The notes under the pieces: generated by a model
Database searches by the model: none
Told to the model about the DNA's origin: nothing
What the model saw: the letters and a program-made list of their open reading frames with translations, nothing else
Shown: one piece after another, positions 26,825 to 39,931 of the stretch
Position numbering within the stretch: position 1 is the first letter of the stretch
How the letters are laid out: the number at the start of each line of letters is the position of its first letter
Program-made: the position numbers and the translations under genes
Origin: Felis catus
Lineage: Eukaryota
Direction: 5' to 3'
Assembly (NCBI RefSeq): GCF_018350175.1
Contig: NC_058368.1
Coordinates: forward strand, 149,980,001-150,044,000
DNA length: 64,000 nucleotides

Positions 26825-27135
26825 TTCATGCTGTTTCTTCAATTTATCGAGGTCACTTTGAATTCTGATCTTCTCTTCTGAAGTGTTAGCAACCCCTTCG
26901 AACTTGGTGTCATCTGAAAAATACTACCTGTATGAAATGTGTGACTGAGTTAAGCTAGGGATGTCATGTTGGACATTTTCTTAAACTAGAACACAGCTGG
27001 AAAATTATTACACAACCAAAAGCATACTTCATTGCAGTCTTATCAGGCCAGCCTTGTCCACATTTGACTGATTTTTTCTGTTATCATCCATAACCGATCA
27101 CTCAACTTCTTCGCTAAATAGAAAATAAGATGCAC
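26825..27135 (-). mobile_element. L3/CR1 reverse transcriptase relic
   Basis: Minus strand of ~26920-26825 translates FSDDTKFEGVANTSEEKIRIQSDLDKLKK, matching the CR1 FADDTKLGG...IQ.DLD.L motif; extension beyond 26920 is weaker. Confidence 0.8.
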
Positions 27136-29599
27136 AGCGGAGCCTCATGAAAATTAGAGGGCAAGAAAGGTAATAGGCAGTAGGTGAAGACATTAGAGAA
27201 ATATCTTGTAAGCATACTTTATAAATTACACTCAAGTGCATACCTATTGTATATGCCTCAGTAGGCAAGTCTTGACATAAAATGTATAGAAACAATCTGC
27301 TTTAGACAGTCCCATAGGGCAGATGTGAATTCTGTAATACATTCACATGCCCTCTTTCAAAAATTTGGTAGAAAAGATCTTAGTGCTGGGAGCTCAATTC
27401 TCTTCAAGTTTCATAACCAATTCACTATTTTGTTGTCAAGAAAGCTTTTATGTATGTCAAGTAATAATAAAAATCCCTTATTTTGTGAAATTCAAAGTAG
27501 TCTTCTAAAATGCACAGAAAAACATTTTTTTTAAATAAAGATGAATAGTAGAACATAAGCCAGTCTCTATATGCAACACGAAAGCAATCACTGAGGTAAT
27601 TATTCAGGTAACCTAAAATTCTCTTTTGCTTATTTATTTGATAAATTAGGTAAAAATTGCCACTCTTGAGTTTCTATTTGTGGACTCATGTCACCATAGA
27701 AACTACTAAGCCATTGTTCAAAAATTAGTGGATTTTTATCTACATTTTAATCTTTCTCTTACTGTTAAATGTTCTTCCTGTCAATAGAAAAACATAAAGT
27801 GTGTTTGCTAATATATCAAATTATTTAAAAAAATTTGTACTCTATGATTTTTCTTTTGGGGAAAATACGACATAAGTAAAAGATAAATATCTCGATGGAG
27901 TAAGTTTTAAGAGAATTCCTTTTGTTTACATAACAAAGAAAAAAACCATCCTTCTAATGATAAATATCCCACTTCTAGAACATGTTTTAAAATTCTGGTA
28001 GCGTGATGTGTTTTAATAGCTAAGGACGACAGTCGCAACACTCTCTTTGATCCATAAGTGGCAGTATGTATTTGTATGAGGAGGTACAGTTGGCAGTGTG
28101 AATTCCCAATGTTGATGATGATCTGTATGTCACAGGCTTCATTTCCAACAATGCTATATGCAAATTAGTTATAGCTTCATGCCAGGGTAGAACACCATTC
28201 ACAGAGTAATTGCCAGCATTTTCCTGGTCATTCTATATACATGGAATGAAAATAATAACCATTTAGGGACCTATTTCTATAAATTAGTAGAATAAAAGCA
28301 TTATGTTGTACACATTCCTCACATTATTTTTATCACAATTAGAGATGTTCATTTTTGTTACATATTTAATACACAAAAATGGAATTTTAATACATCGTCA
28401 ATATTTAATCCACTCTGCAATTTGTAAATACCTACTGATTTTTATATAGTTTGGTGTATGAGAACAATTTAAAGTAAAATAAATTCTGCTGCAAATTATT
28501 TGAAAGTCTTTAAATGCCATGAATAAAATACATGATGATTAGATGTGTGAGAAATCACTCTCAGTTACTGTGGTAGAACATGGAGCACAAATGTTTAAAT
28601 TAATTTTTGCTTCACCTAGAAGTGTTTGCTGTTTTCTGAGCATTTCTTTTGATTTCTAAGAGGAACAGTACCCGTTAACTTGAGCACGAATAATGGAAGG
28701 GATAATTGTTTTTAATGACAAGAGCTTAAAATTCCTAGCAAGAGAAATTCAGCTCCCTATTTTGAAAGTCTGTGAAAAAGGTACTAATAGGTAAATTAGA
28801 AACATGGAAAATTTCTATTGTAGCATCTGGGGGCTTTCCTCATTTCATTTAAATGCTCTCTCGTTTTAGAAATATAGTGATATGTATTCCTCCTTTTCTG
28901 TGTCACATGCAAAAGTGAAGCAACTGCTTTCCTCCATACACAAAATGATTTGCAAATGCATTCTGTGAATAAAACACATTAAACGCCATTTGCATATAGT
29001 ACGTTAACACATGTGAAAAATGGCTCACACAGTACATTAGGAAGGGAATAAACAGAAATGACTTTAAAATGCCTGCTATATTTACAACAATTTAAGAGAT
29101 AACAGAGCAATGAATTTCAGGTGCATTGGACTTAATTCAGCAACAATGTTTTGTTTGGAAGCCCTTATTTATTAATTTTTTTTTTTTTTTGAAACACTCC
29201 TTTGCCAATTGCAGGGCTAAGCTGCCAAGATTTTCAGAGCTGACCAGGAGGTGGAGAGCTCATGCAAATGAGCCCTTCTCCTCTGCTGGCAGCCCACAAT
29301 GACTGATTCAAAAGAACACTTTAACCCAGAAGATGAGTCTGAGCTGAATGTCACTACCAGAAACCACTCCAGTGTTCCATGTTAGATGGGAAGTTGCCTT
29401 CCAAATACTATTTTATACTCCAAAATTTACCGTTTTCAATGATGGAAGGGTTCATTTCCTTTTTCTTTTTCTTTTTTTTTTTTTTACTGAAAATTCCTAT
29501 ACATTAAAAACCTTCCTATCTTTAAATTAAATTTCCAGGCACTGTTTCTATTTCTCCCAACTTTCCTAACACCCATTAACAGGAATATATATGTACATC

Positions 29600-29970
29600 T
29601 TTATTCCCGGGCTGTTCGAATTATATATGGCTAAATGTCGGTGTTTAATATTATATTGAACCTGAAGGAAATGTTGAAAAGTATACAATGTGTGTAAGCC
29701 AAAGTTTTATTCGATTTCTTAGTGTGAACTGGCACATGATGTAATTTTCAAGAATAGTATAACGGGGATATGTTGAATTGGCGAGGTGCAAGTCCAGCAG
29801 TATATTATAACATCGTCATTTTACCTCAGATTCTGGTTTCGTATACACTTCCGCCTTTGGTAATTTACATAAACATGCATAGGTTATGAATTATGCATAA
29901 ACCTTATTTTAAATGCAGAGCTTTCAACTCTCACAGTGCACTAGTATACACACCCATTTGATTGGCTCTG
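29600..29970 (-). promoter_or_regulatory. Candidate promoter / short first exon
   Basis: Minus strand: AGCCAATCA (CCAAT at 29965-29961), TTTAAAA 29913-29907, GGCGGAAGTG 29855-29846, donor-like GAG|GTAAAA at 29825/29824; 9 CpGs in 29606-29853. Confidence 0.4.
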
Positions 29971-32149
29971 CCCTGTTTTCATTACTCGCAATTTCTTGGA
30001 ACACAAAAGAGGTTGAAAAGGCTGACAGGAATGGACAGTATTTTTTCTTGTGTGTGTGGGAAATATTTGTTTCCTTTTCAAGGCAATTGGTGTTGCAAAG
30101 TTTTGCCTGTGATTATTGTTCCTAGTTGTTATTTTTTTCCAAGGAGGAATACATTAAAACGTCTGAACCTGCAACACAACAATCACCATCAGATACTTTA
30201 TTTATTTTTAAAGGATGCTGCAGAAATTGTTCCCTGTTTGAATAAATCTGAGCACATGTCTATAATAAAGAAGAAATATAGATTTTTGGGGGGAATATCC
30301 CAATTACACTTGAAATAAGTGGGTAATCCTAAAGCACTGATGGAATAGTTAGGCATCCAGGAAATTTAAAAATGTGAGCACTATAATTGTGTTTATTCAA
30401 GTAGAATTGAATATTCTGACTAATGTACACACATAATGGGTCCTCTGCATTTGAGACACTGTGTGATTATTCTTTTCATGTGAAAGTATTTATATGAAAT
30501 AATCCACTCAATGATATAAGAAAGGGGTATTGACATTTTTAATTAAACGGCAGTACACTAAATAAAAATTTTAAAAAAACATAACAGTGGCATGTAAACA
30601 GAATTTTAAAAAGAAAATATTTTATCTTTGTTTACTAATCACCCTGGGATTTAATATTTTAATATTACTATTAAAATAATAATGTTATGTTTTAAAAGAA
30701 ATTCTCCATCCTCTATTTTAAAATTTAATTTCTCATCACCTTCTTTCATTCATTTCTTCATTTTCCCTTTATACGTCTCTGGGACTTTGTTCCTTTTTCT
30801 CTTTTTTCACCACAGTTTTTCTTTTATTTCCTATTTTAACACATTGGTGGACATGATCCATCAAATTATGCCTGATGTTATCGTCCCTTTTATTAACTCT
30901 TTCATTTAGTTTACTTCTTTTTCTTAACATCTAGCTAAGCTTTTATGGAATTCTTTTTTTTTTTTTTTTGGATAAATTCTCTATTAATGGTACAGGAAAA
31001 GTGGTTATTTGGTGGAAGTGAAATAGGAGGACCTTGTGCCACTGAATTTACTTTCGGGAGCACTACTTTTGAGGACCATAAAATTTTGATTTCGTTCTGT
31101 TGCAGGGAGTTACCAAGTTCTTCCTTTGTGGGTTATACATAAGAGAGGGACATTTGGAGATTAATGACCAAAGGAGCCTTTGAGGTCAATTTGTCATGAT
31201 TTTACATACAGCTTTAATGTGGTGAGCATCCATTCCACAGCCAGGCAGATTTTAATACTAGGAAAAGGGGGGCAAAACTGCAAATTTAGGTTCACACTTA
31301 GTAATGGGAACTTAAAGGGACCAGCAGCAAACTCAAAGTAGTGCCCTTCACCTGAGAGAAGGTGAAGCAATTTACTTCAGCTTTGACTCCAAAAAAGAAA
31401 ATCACACCCGACAGAACTTGCTCTGCTGATTTAGAAAAAAAGACACAGAAAAGTTGGAGAAGCATGAGCAGAACGAGTGAACTATGTTACCTTGCTCAAA
31501 GAGAGTTATTCAACTACAGTTTAAAAGGAGAACAAAAGTCATCTAGCTAGCTATTATCTTTTATCTATGTCTGTATCTGTAACAGTCATCTGTTATCTAT
31601 GTAATCCTTATGATTATAATTGGTAGTAAGCACGACATTTCTATTTAAATAATACATCTTTGCTCCTATATGTCTTGTTTTCTTTGGCTTTACTAATTGT
31701 GAATGCTTTTAATTCAGACTATTTAACAGAAAAGAAAACCCACTCAGATGGCATTTTGCCATTTGATCACAGCAAAAACTTCTTTCAAGATGTTTGGACT
31801 CCCTAGAACTATGCAAGTTTGAGTAAAATGCTTGCATCCGTTGTGAAATAAGCCTTATGACAAGAGGATTCTGTACAATGGAGGCAGCTTTGCTGCATTG
31901 GGACCCTCAGTGTTGCTCATAGCAGTCAGTTGGCATATACTAGAACAGATATCTCTAACTAAAAACACCTGGAAGACAATCTTTTAATATGGGATTTTAT
32001 GACAACAGCCAAAAAGGTTAAACGAGAATAGCAAAATTTATATCATGAAATGAAAATGTCTATAGTCTAAGATATTTTAAACAAACATATCAACTTTTAA
32101 GTAAGTTCAATATAATTATATTTTGTTGTATTATGTTCCACATTAAAAA

Positions 32150-33515
32150 TTGAAATCACCCATATCCCACTCTCGAACAACTCTTTTGCATCCATAATCT
32201 CAACCTCATTCCCATTAAATTTGCTCTTCAGGACCTTAGATGCATCATGCTTCTTTATGCTTATGTTTCCTCATTATTTATCCTTCTTTTGGATTTATTG
32301 ACTCTTCCCCTGCCTGGAACCATGTGGTTGAATATCTTACCCACTTTCTCTCATCTGAATCTCAATTATTTGATGTTTCTATTGTTTATTGCACCTGCTC
32401 AACAGAACCACAACTCTGAATCAATTCTTCAACAAGGCTTCTATGCTATCCTGGCAGAGTAGTACTGCTAAACCTACCAAACAACCCTATGTCAGTCCAA
32501 ATTTCGCTGAGTCCAAATTAATGGTTCTAGGCTTATCTGGGTCCTTAATGAACCTCAACAGTCTTTACTTTTCAGGCCTGTTCATTTTTCCCATTTGTTT
32601 TTGACCAGTTCTTTCTTGGATTCTTTAAGTTCATATATCTCTTTCTTCCCTTACCTATTAATATCCAGCAAACTTCCATTATTGCCCCTATTTGATTTTT
32701 CTTCTCACACACTTTCTTTGGAAGTTTCCATGAACCTTCTTGCTTTTAACTTCTCCATCTGTACTCAAGACTCTCATTTTTACATCTTCCACCCTACATT
32801 TACCTGCACAGAGCTTTAGATTCATTTACTCTTAGCACAAAGCACGAATGCAAGTCAGATCACGGCACAACTCTGTCAATATCCTCAACACTCCCCGTCT
32901 TTTTCAAAATTGAGTCCAGAATCATTATCTGCCTTTGGGAGTTTGCAGTTCCCTTTTCCCTTCTGCTTTGAATACTTATGCCAATGACTGATTCATTTAT
33001 TTTGCACGGTGTTCAATTGACACTTTTCCAGTGACGGTTATCCCGAACACTCTATTTAAAACCACACACAGGGCATCTGGGTGACTCAGTAGGTTAAGCA
33101 CAGGACTCTTGATTTCAGCTCAGGTCATGATCTCGGTCTTGAAATCAAGCCCAGCACCTGGCTCCACTTTCAGCGTGGGATTCTCTCTCTCCCTCTCTCT
33201 GTCCTGCCCCAGCTCATGCTCTTATTCAAAATAAATAAAATTTAAAATAAAAAAATAAAATAAAACCACACCTTCCCTGCCCTATACCTTCACAAACACA
33301 CTCTCTACTCACTCTTACTTTGCTTTTCTCCATAGCATGTATTACCATCTGTATATTTTACTTTATTATTTAATTTCTTTCCCATTTCCTCCCTTGCCCA
33401 ATAAGGTGTAAACTCCTTAAGAGCAGGAATTTTTGTCTATTTTGTTAACTTATCTCCAGAGAATATTATAGTACCTAGGAAAAATAAATCATTTACTAAA
33501 TAATAGAATGGAAGG
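32150..33515 (+). mobile_element. L2 fragments
   Basis: Pyrimidine-rich L2-like text (gcaagtcagatcac...; ctccatagcatgtattaccatctg...; gtaaactccttaagagcaggaatttttgtc); approximate. Confidence 0.65.
33071..33260 (+). mobile_element. Older Can-SINE
   Basis: TSD taaaaccacac (33057-33067 / 33261-33271). Confidence 0.93.
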
Positions 33516-34739
33516 ATCATGGACTTGGAATTGTAGAGAGTTCACTAATGATATTCAGAAGGTTGGGTGCACAGAAAGGGACAAATGAATTTAAGCCTTG
33601 AAGAGAGGAGAAGGTCAAAGATAGCAGTGTAGAAAGATCCTGAACTCACCTCCTGCCACGGAGACACCAAATCTGTACACATAGATCATTTCCATCTGAA
33701 AAAAGATCTGAAAGCTAGATGAACTGCTCCCCACAACAAAGGATTAAAGGACCATATGAAGATGGTTAGGAAAGGCAGAGACATGATCTCATAAAAATCC
33801 CCACCCCTAGTACTGAGACACACAATAGTGAGGGATCTCATCAGACAGACACTTCTGGAGGAGCAAGGGGTTGATGCCCCACATTGGGCACCTCAGCCTC
33901 TGGGATCTGCTCTGGAGAGGTGCGTCCCCAGAACGTCTGGCTTAGAAAGCCAATGAGATAGATGTCTGGGGGCTCTAAAGTGCTATGAGAAACAGAAATT
34001 ACCTTTTGGAAGGCATGTAGGTGGTCTCATTCACCTCAAGATCACAAGGGAAAAAAAAAGCAATTTGAAAGTGCCTAGAGTATATGGGAAGGAAATTTAT
34101 TTGCTGATTTGAGACCACCAGCTGGAGAGGCAGGGGACAGTTCACACATTCCCAGGAGATGATGGAGATGTTGGCTGACAACATCATTATAGTCTCCATA
34201 TAGTCTACTAGCACAGGTGAGCAAGCTCTCATGAGGAACCTTCTTGTCATATTCCTGGAATAGGCAGGGGTGAGGGGTCAAGGCACTTGATGAGGCTGGC
34301 ATTAGCAGCATTCTTCTATTCCCTGGCTAAAGCAGATGAGCACCAACGGTTTCAGAGTTCTCCAGCTCCCTAGCTAAAGTCTGTGAGCACTGGTGGTTTT
34401 GACACTCCCTCACTTTCTGTCTAGGGCTGGTGAGTGAGAACTGTCTCAATAGCCTCCCACTTCTAGCCTAAAGCTGGCATGAGTGCACAGACAAGGTACC
34501 AACCTACCGTACTGCTGAAGAATGTGGACTCAGGCAGTCAAGACATTTCCCTTACAGCCTTTCTGAAGCTGGTGAGCTTGCCCCATACCCACCCCTCTCC
34601 AGATGACTTGCTCAAGCCAGTGGGCACAGACAACCCATCAGAGGACATCTCTTGATTACCTAGCCTTAGTGGCCAAGAGAGCTGCATTCTCTAACACCAT
34701 CAGACTGCGACAATCAGAAAGGGTTCTTGGCGGGCACTA

Positions 34740-35253
34740 TGATGAAGTTCTGGGGTGATAGTGGGTTTGTGGGGTCTGGAGCGGATGACTAAGAAATAAT
34801 TCTTCAAGATGTCTTTGGTGCAAAAAGGTCATTTTATTAAAACATGGGGACAGGACCCATGGGCACGAAGAGCTGCACATTTGTTGTAGGGGGCAACCTT
34901 TTATGGAGTGGGGGGAATAAAGTCAAGAGGGAGTTTCCAAAGAGACTCACATGCTAAAGACTTATGGGTGGCCTCGCTATTGTCAAGCTAAGGTTGTTTT
35001 TCCTTCTAGCAAAGCAGTAACATTAAGACAATAGGGAGTTCTTGGACTTCAGGCTGTGATGGGATTGCCTTTTTCTGGTAAACTGGTGGAAACGCTTATC
35101 AGTTTAACCATTTGGTTTTTTGTCCTTTCCTGTTTTGGGATAGTCTGGAGTATCCAAGGAATATCATACACATCCCACTGGGATTCGGGGGGTGGGGGCG
35201 GTGGTGCTGTTAGCCTGCACCTTGCCCTCAGCTTGCCCCATGCTCCCATATCA
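34740..35253 (-). mobile_element. Solo ERV LTR in the L1-A 5'UTR
   Basis: TGAT...ATCA termini; tttatt (minus AATAAA) at ~34833; flanks cta/ctac approximate a 4-bp TSD. Confidence 0.85.
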
Positions 35254-38149
35254 CTACACAGATGACTGAAACACAATCCAGTATTCCTTTGAAAAAGGCC
35301 TATTTCCTAGACTGGAGCTTTAGACCGACAGACAGACTTTAGTTTGCCATACATCTAGAGGCTAAGGAGGCACTCCCAGGGAAAATAAGCAAATATGCTT
35401 ATGCAAAATCAGCAAATATGCAAAATATGCATCATCCTTGCATATCCCCTGGCCTCATTACAGCTTAACAAGATTTCCTTGAAAACAGCTTATACACTTA
35501 CATGGACCCCTGATTTTTGCAACTGCTCCCTAAAGGACAACACCAGATATCCTGGTCTGGAGGCAAACAGGGATTACAATTGTGGACTCTCAAGACTGTA
35601 TATATGTGCATACTTTAAATGGCTGGCTTCCAATCAGCCTGCAACTAGATGCTAAATGAGATTCTTCCACGGATAGATCTTGGCATATCTTCAACAACTG
35701 GAGTGTATCAGTAATAAGTCAGACAGTTTAGACAATCACAAAGGTTAGAGAGACAACCACCAGCTAAGGCAAGTAGGTTCATCACCTATAGAAGGACACC
35801 TCTCCAAGACTGAAAGTCATAGCTCTTTCACCTATTACATAGAAATGGAGTCAAGTAAAATGAGGAGACAAAGAAATACATTCCAAATGAAGAAGAAGAC
35901 AACATCTCAGAAAATACCTTAATGCTATGGATTAAAAAGTAATTTACCAGATAAAGAATTTCAAGTAATGGTCATAAAGATGCTAATGAACTTGGGAGAA
36001 AAATGTAGGAACACAGCGAGAACTCCAAAAAAGAGGGAGAAAACATATCAAAGTACCAAACAGAAGCCACAGAGCTGAAGAACACAATAACTGGACTGAA
36101 AAGTACACCAGAAGGGTTTAGCAGCAGACTGGATGAAGCAGAACAGACCATCCAGCTGTAAGATAAATAATGGAACTCACCCAGACATAGCTGCAAAAAT
36201 AAAAATAGTATTTTTTTTAAAAAAAGATAATTTCAGAGACTTTTGAGAAAACATCAAGGGTAGTAACTTTTGCATTAAAGAGGCCCAAGAAGGAGAAGAG
36301 AGAGGCAAAAAGGGGCAGAAAACTTATTTGAAGAAATAATGGCTGAAAACTTTCCTAACTAGTTTAAAGAAGTAAATAGACATCCAGTTCCAAGAAACCC
36401 ATGGAGTTCTAAATAAGATGGACACAAAGAAATCCACACCAAGACACATTATAATTAAAATGTTAAAAGTTAAAGTTGAAAAAAAGATAATCTTAAGTGG
36501 CAAGAGGAAAACAAATTGTTACTTGCAAAGGAAACCCCATGAGCAGATTTCTCAGCAGAAAATATACAAGCCACACTAGTCAAAGTGCTGAAAGGGAAGA
36601 ATGTCTAACCATGGATACTCTACCTGGCAAAGTTATCATTCAGATTTGAAGGATAGAATTTTCTAGACAAAAGCTAAAGGAGTTGATTACTACTAAATTG
36701 CCTTACAAGAAATATTAAAGGGGCCATTAAAGAAATGGTACTAATTACTAAGAGGAAAACATATGTAAGTAAAAATCTTACTAGAAAAGTAAATATATAA
36801 TAAAGGTAGTATATTAATTACTTTTAAAGCTAATATGAAGGTTAAAGGAATAAAGGTAGTAAAATTAAAACTGTAACGAGTTAATAGATGCATAAAATAA
36901 AAACATGTCTAAAGTAAAATAAAAAATACAAAACATGAAAGGTGGAAGTAATCACGAAGAGTTTGGGAATGTGTTCAGATTTAAGTTGCCATGAACTTAA
37001 AAGAGACTGCTATAAATACAGGATGATATGTATGAACCAAACAGTAATCTCAAAGTAAAATTATAGTAAATACACAAAAGAAAATGAGAAAGAAACCCAA
37101 ACAGAACATTAAAGAAAATCATCAAACCACAAAGGAACAGAGAAAAGGAAGAAGAAAAGATAAATTACAAAAACAGCTAGAAAATAACAAAATTACAGTA
37201 AGTGCATACCTATCAATAATTACTTTAAATGTAAATGGACTGAATTGTCCAATCAAAAGGCATAAAGTGGCTGAATGGATTAAGAAATAAGACAAATCCA
37301 TAAACTGCCCATAAGAGACTCACTTTAGAATTAAGGACATCCAAAGACTGAAAGTGAAGGAATTCAAAAAAGGTATTCCATGCAAATGGAAGCAAAAAGA
37401 CAGCTGTCATAGCTATATGGATATCACCAAATAGACTTCAAAACAAAGCTATAATAAAAGACAAAGGTGGACATAATTACATAATGATAAAAAGGTGAAT
37501 CTTTTCAGAAGATATAGCATTTATAAATAAAAGTGCACTCAACTTATAAGCACCAAATTATACAAAGCAAATATTAACAGACCAAAAGGGAGAAATTGAC
37601 ATCAATATAATAACAATAGGGTATTTTAACAACCCATTTACATCAATGGATAGATCATCCAAGACAGATTATTATTCAGAAAACATCAGTCATAAATGAC
37701 ACATTAAATGGGAGGGATTTAACAGATATATACAAAACATTCCATCCCCAAACAACAGAATACACATTCTTCTCAGGAGCATAGGGAACATTCTCCAGGA
37801 AACATTAAATGTTGAGGCAATAAAACATTGAACACTGAAATCAAGAATACGGAAATCATATGAAGAATCACTTCTGACCACAATGGGCAAAGAAAACTGA
37901 AAAAGCTACAAATACATATTACCGAAAAACCACTGGCTCATAGAAGGAATCAGGGGAGAAAAAAGTACCCAGAAACAAGTGAAAACTGAGATACATTAAC
38001 AAAAATCTATGAGAAGCAGCAAAAGCAGTTCTCCAAGAGAAGCTCCTAGCAATACAGGCCTATCTTCAAACAGAGAGAGATCCCAAACAAACAATTTAAC
38101 TTTACAACTAAACGAACTAGGAAAAGAAGAACAAATAAAGCCCAGCATT

Positions 38150-38370
38150 AAAAAAAAAAAATTTAACGTTTATTTATTTCTGAGACAGAGAGAGACAGAG
38201 CATGAGTGGGGGGGGGGGCGGTTAGAGAGAGAGGGAGACAGAATCAGAAGCAAGCTCCAGGCTCCGAGCTGTCAGCACAGAGCCTGACATAGAGCTCGAA
38301 CTCACAAACTCTGAGATCATGACCTGAGCCGAAGTTGGTCGCTCAACCAACTGAGCCACCCAGGTGCCCC
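38150..38370 (-). mobile_element. Felid Can-SINE
   Basis: TSD agcccagcatt (38139-38149 / 38371-38381). Confidence 0.96.
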
Positions 38371-39150
38371 AGCCCAGCATTTTAGAAAAAAGAAGGTAAC
38401 AAAGATCAAAGTGAAAATAAATGGAATAGAGATTAAAAAGACAATAGGAAAGATCAATGACACTAAGAGCTGGTTCCTTGAAAAGATAAATAAAATTGAC
38501 AAATCTTTAGATAGACTCACCCAGAAAGAAAAAGAAAGTTTTCAAATAAATAATATTAGAAATAAAAGAGAACTTACAACTAATACCACAGAGATAAAAA
38601 AGATCATGAGACTACTATGAACATTTATAGGCAAACAAATTGGATAACCTAGAAGAAATGGATACATTCCTAGGAATTTACAATCTTCTAAGACTCAATC
38701 ATGAAGAAAGAGAAATTCTGAATAAACCAATTACTAGTAAGAAGAATGAATCAGCAACCCCAAACCTCCCACAAAACAAAACATCAGGACCAGACAGCTT
38801 CATTGGTGAATTCTACCAAACATAATACCTATCATTCTCCAACTCATCCAAAAAATTAGAGAGAAAGGAAAGCTCTGAAACTCATTTTACAAAGCTAACA
38901 TTATCCTGATACCAAAACAAGACAAGGAGACCATAAAAAAGGGAGAATACAAGCCAATAGCCCTGATGATTACAGAGGCAAAAATCCTCAAAAATATTAC
39001 CAAACTGAAATCAACAATACATTAAAAGTATCATACACTGTGATCAAATGGAATTTATTTCAGGGATGCAAGAACTATTCAACATATGTAAATCAAACAG
39101 TGTGTAATATCATGTCAACAAAATGGAAGATAAAATTATACCATCATCTT

Positions 39151-39366
39151 TTTTTTTTTTTAACATTTATTTATTATTTTTGGGACAGAGAGAGACAGAG
39201 CATGAACGGGGGAGGGGCAGAGAGAGAGGGAGACACAGAATCGGAAACAGGCTCCAGGCTCTGAGCCATCAGCCCAGAGCCCGACGCGGGGCTCGAACTC
39301 ACGGACCGCGAGATCGTGACCTGGCTGAAGTCGGACGCTTAACCGACTGCGCCACCCAGGCGCCCC
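39151..39366 (-). mobile_element. Very young felid Can-SINE
   Basis: CpG-rich; TSD a(a/g)aattataccatcatctt (39132-39150 / 39367-39385). Confidence 0.97.
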
Positions 39367-39437
39367 AGAATTATACCATCATCTTAATAGACGCAGAAAA
39401 AATCTCATAAAATCCAACATTCATTTACGGTAATTAA

Positions 39438-39626
39438 ATTTTTTTTTTTTATATCTAGAGAGAGCATGAGTGGGAGAGAGGGGAGAATCGAAGGGAGAGA
39501 GAGAGAGAGAGAGAGAGAATCCCAAGTAAGCTTGATGCAGGGCTTGATCCCATGACCCTGGGGTCATGACCTGAAATCAAGAGTCGAACAGTCAAATGCA
39601 CAACCAACTGAGGCCCCAGGTGCTCC
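39438..39626 (-). mobile_element. Older Can-SINE
   Basis: Reverse SINE with (GA)n; ends ccccaggtgctcc. Confidence 0.9.
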
Positions 39627-39819
39627 TGTGAGAAAAATTTAAACAAAGTGGGTATAGAGAGAATATACCTCAACACAAGGCCATATATGACACATAGCTA
39701 ATACCATATTCAATGGTAGAAAGCTGAAAGCATTTCTTCTACGATCAGGAATAAGACAAAGACGCCCATGCTCACTACTTTATTCAACATAGTATAACCA
39801 CAGAAATTAGGCTGAAACA

Positions 39820-39931
39820 AAGGAAGAAAGAAAGGGAAAGGAAGAAGGATGCATGGATGGATGAATGGATGAATGGATGAATGGATGAATGGAAGGAAGG
39901 AAGGAAGGAAGGAAGTAAGGAAGGAAGGAAG
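39820..39931. repeat. (GGAT/GAAT)n(GGAA)n compound microsatellite
   Basis: Direct observation. Confidence 0.93.

Noticed and set aside
27029..27113. Minus-strand exon candidate with good acceptor
   Set aside because: Stops in all three frames, weak donor, and overlaps the probable L3/CR1 relic
28020..28202. 60-aa minus ORF in unique DNA
   Set aside because: Non-ATG start, no recognisable homology or convincing splice sites
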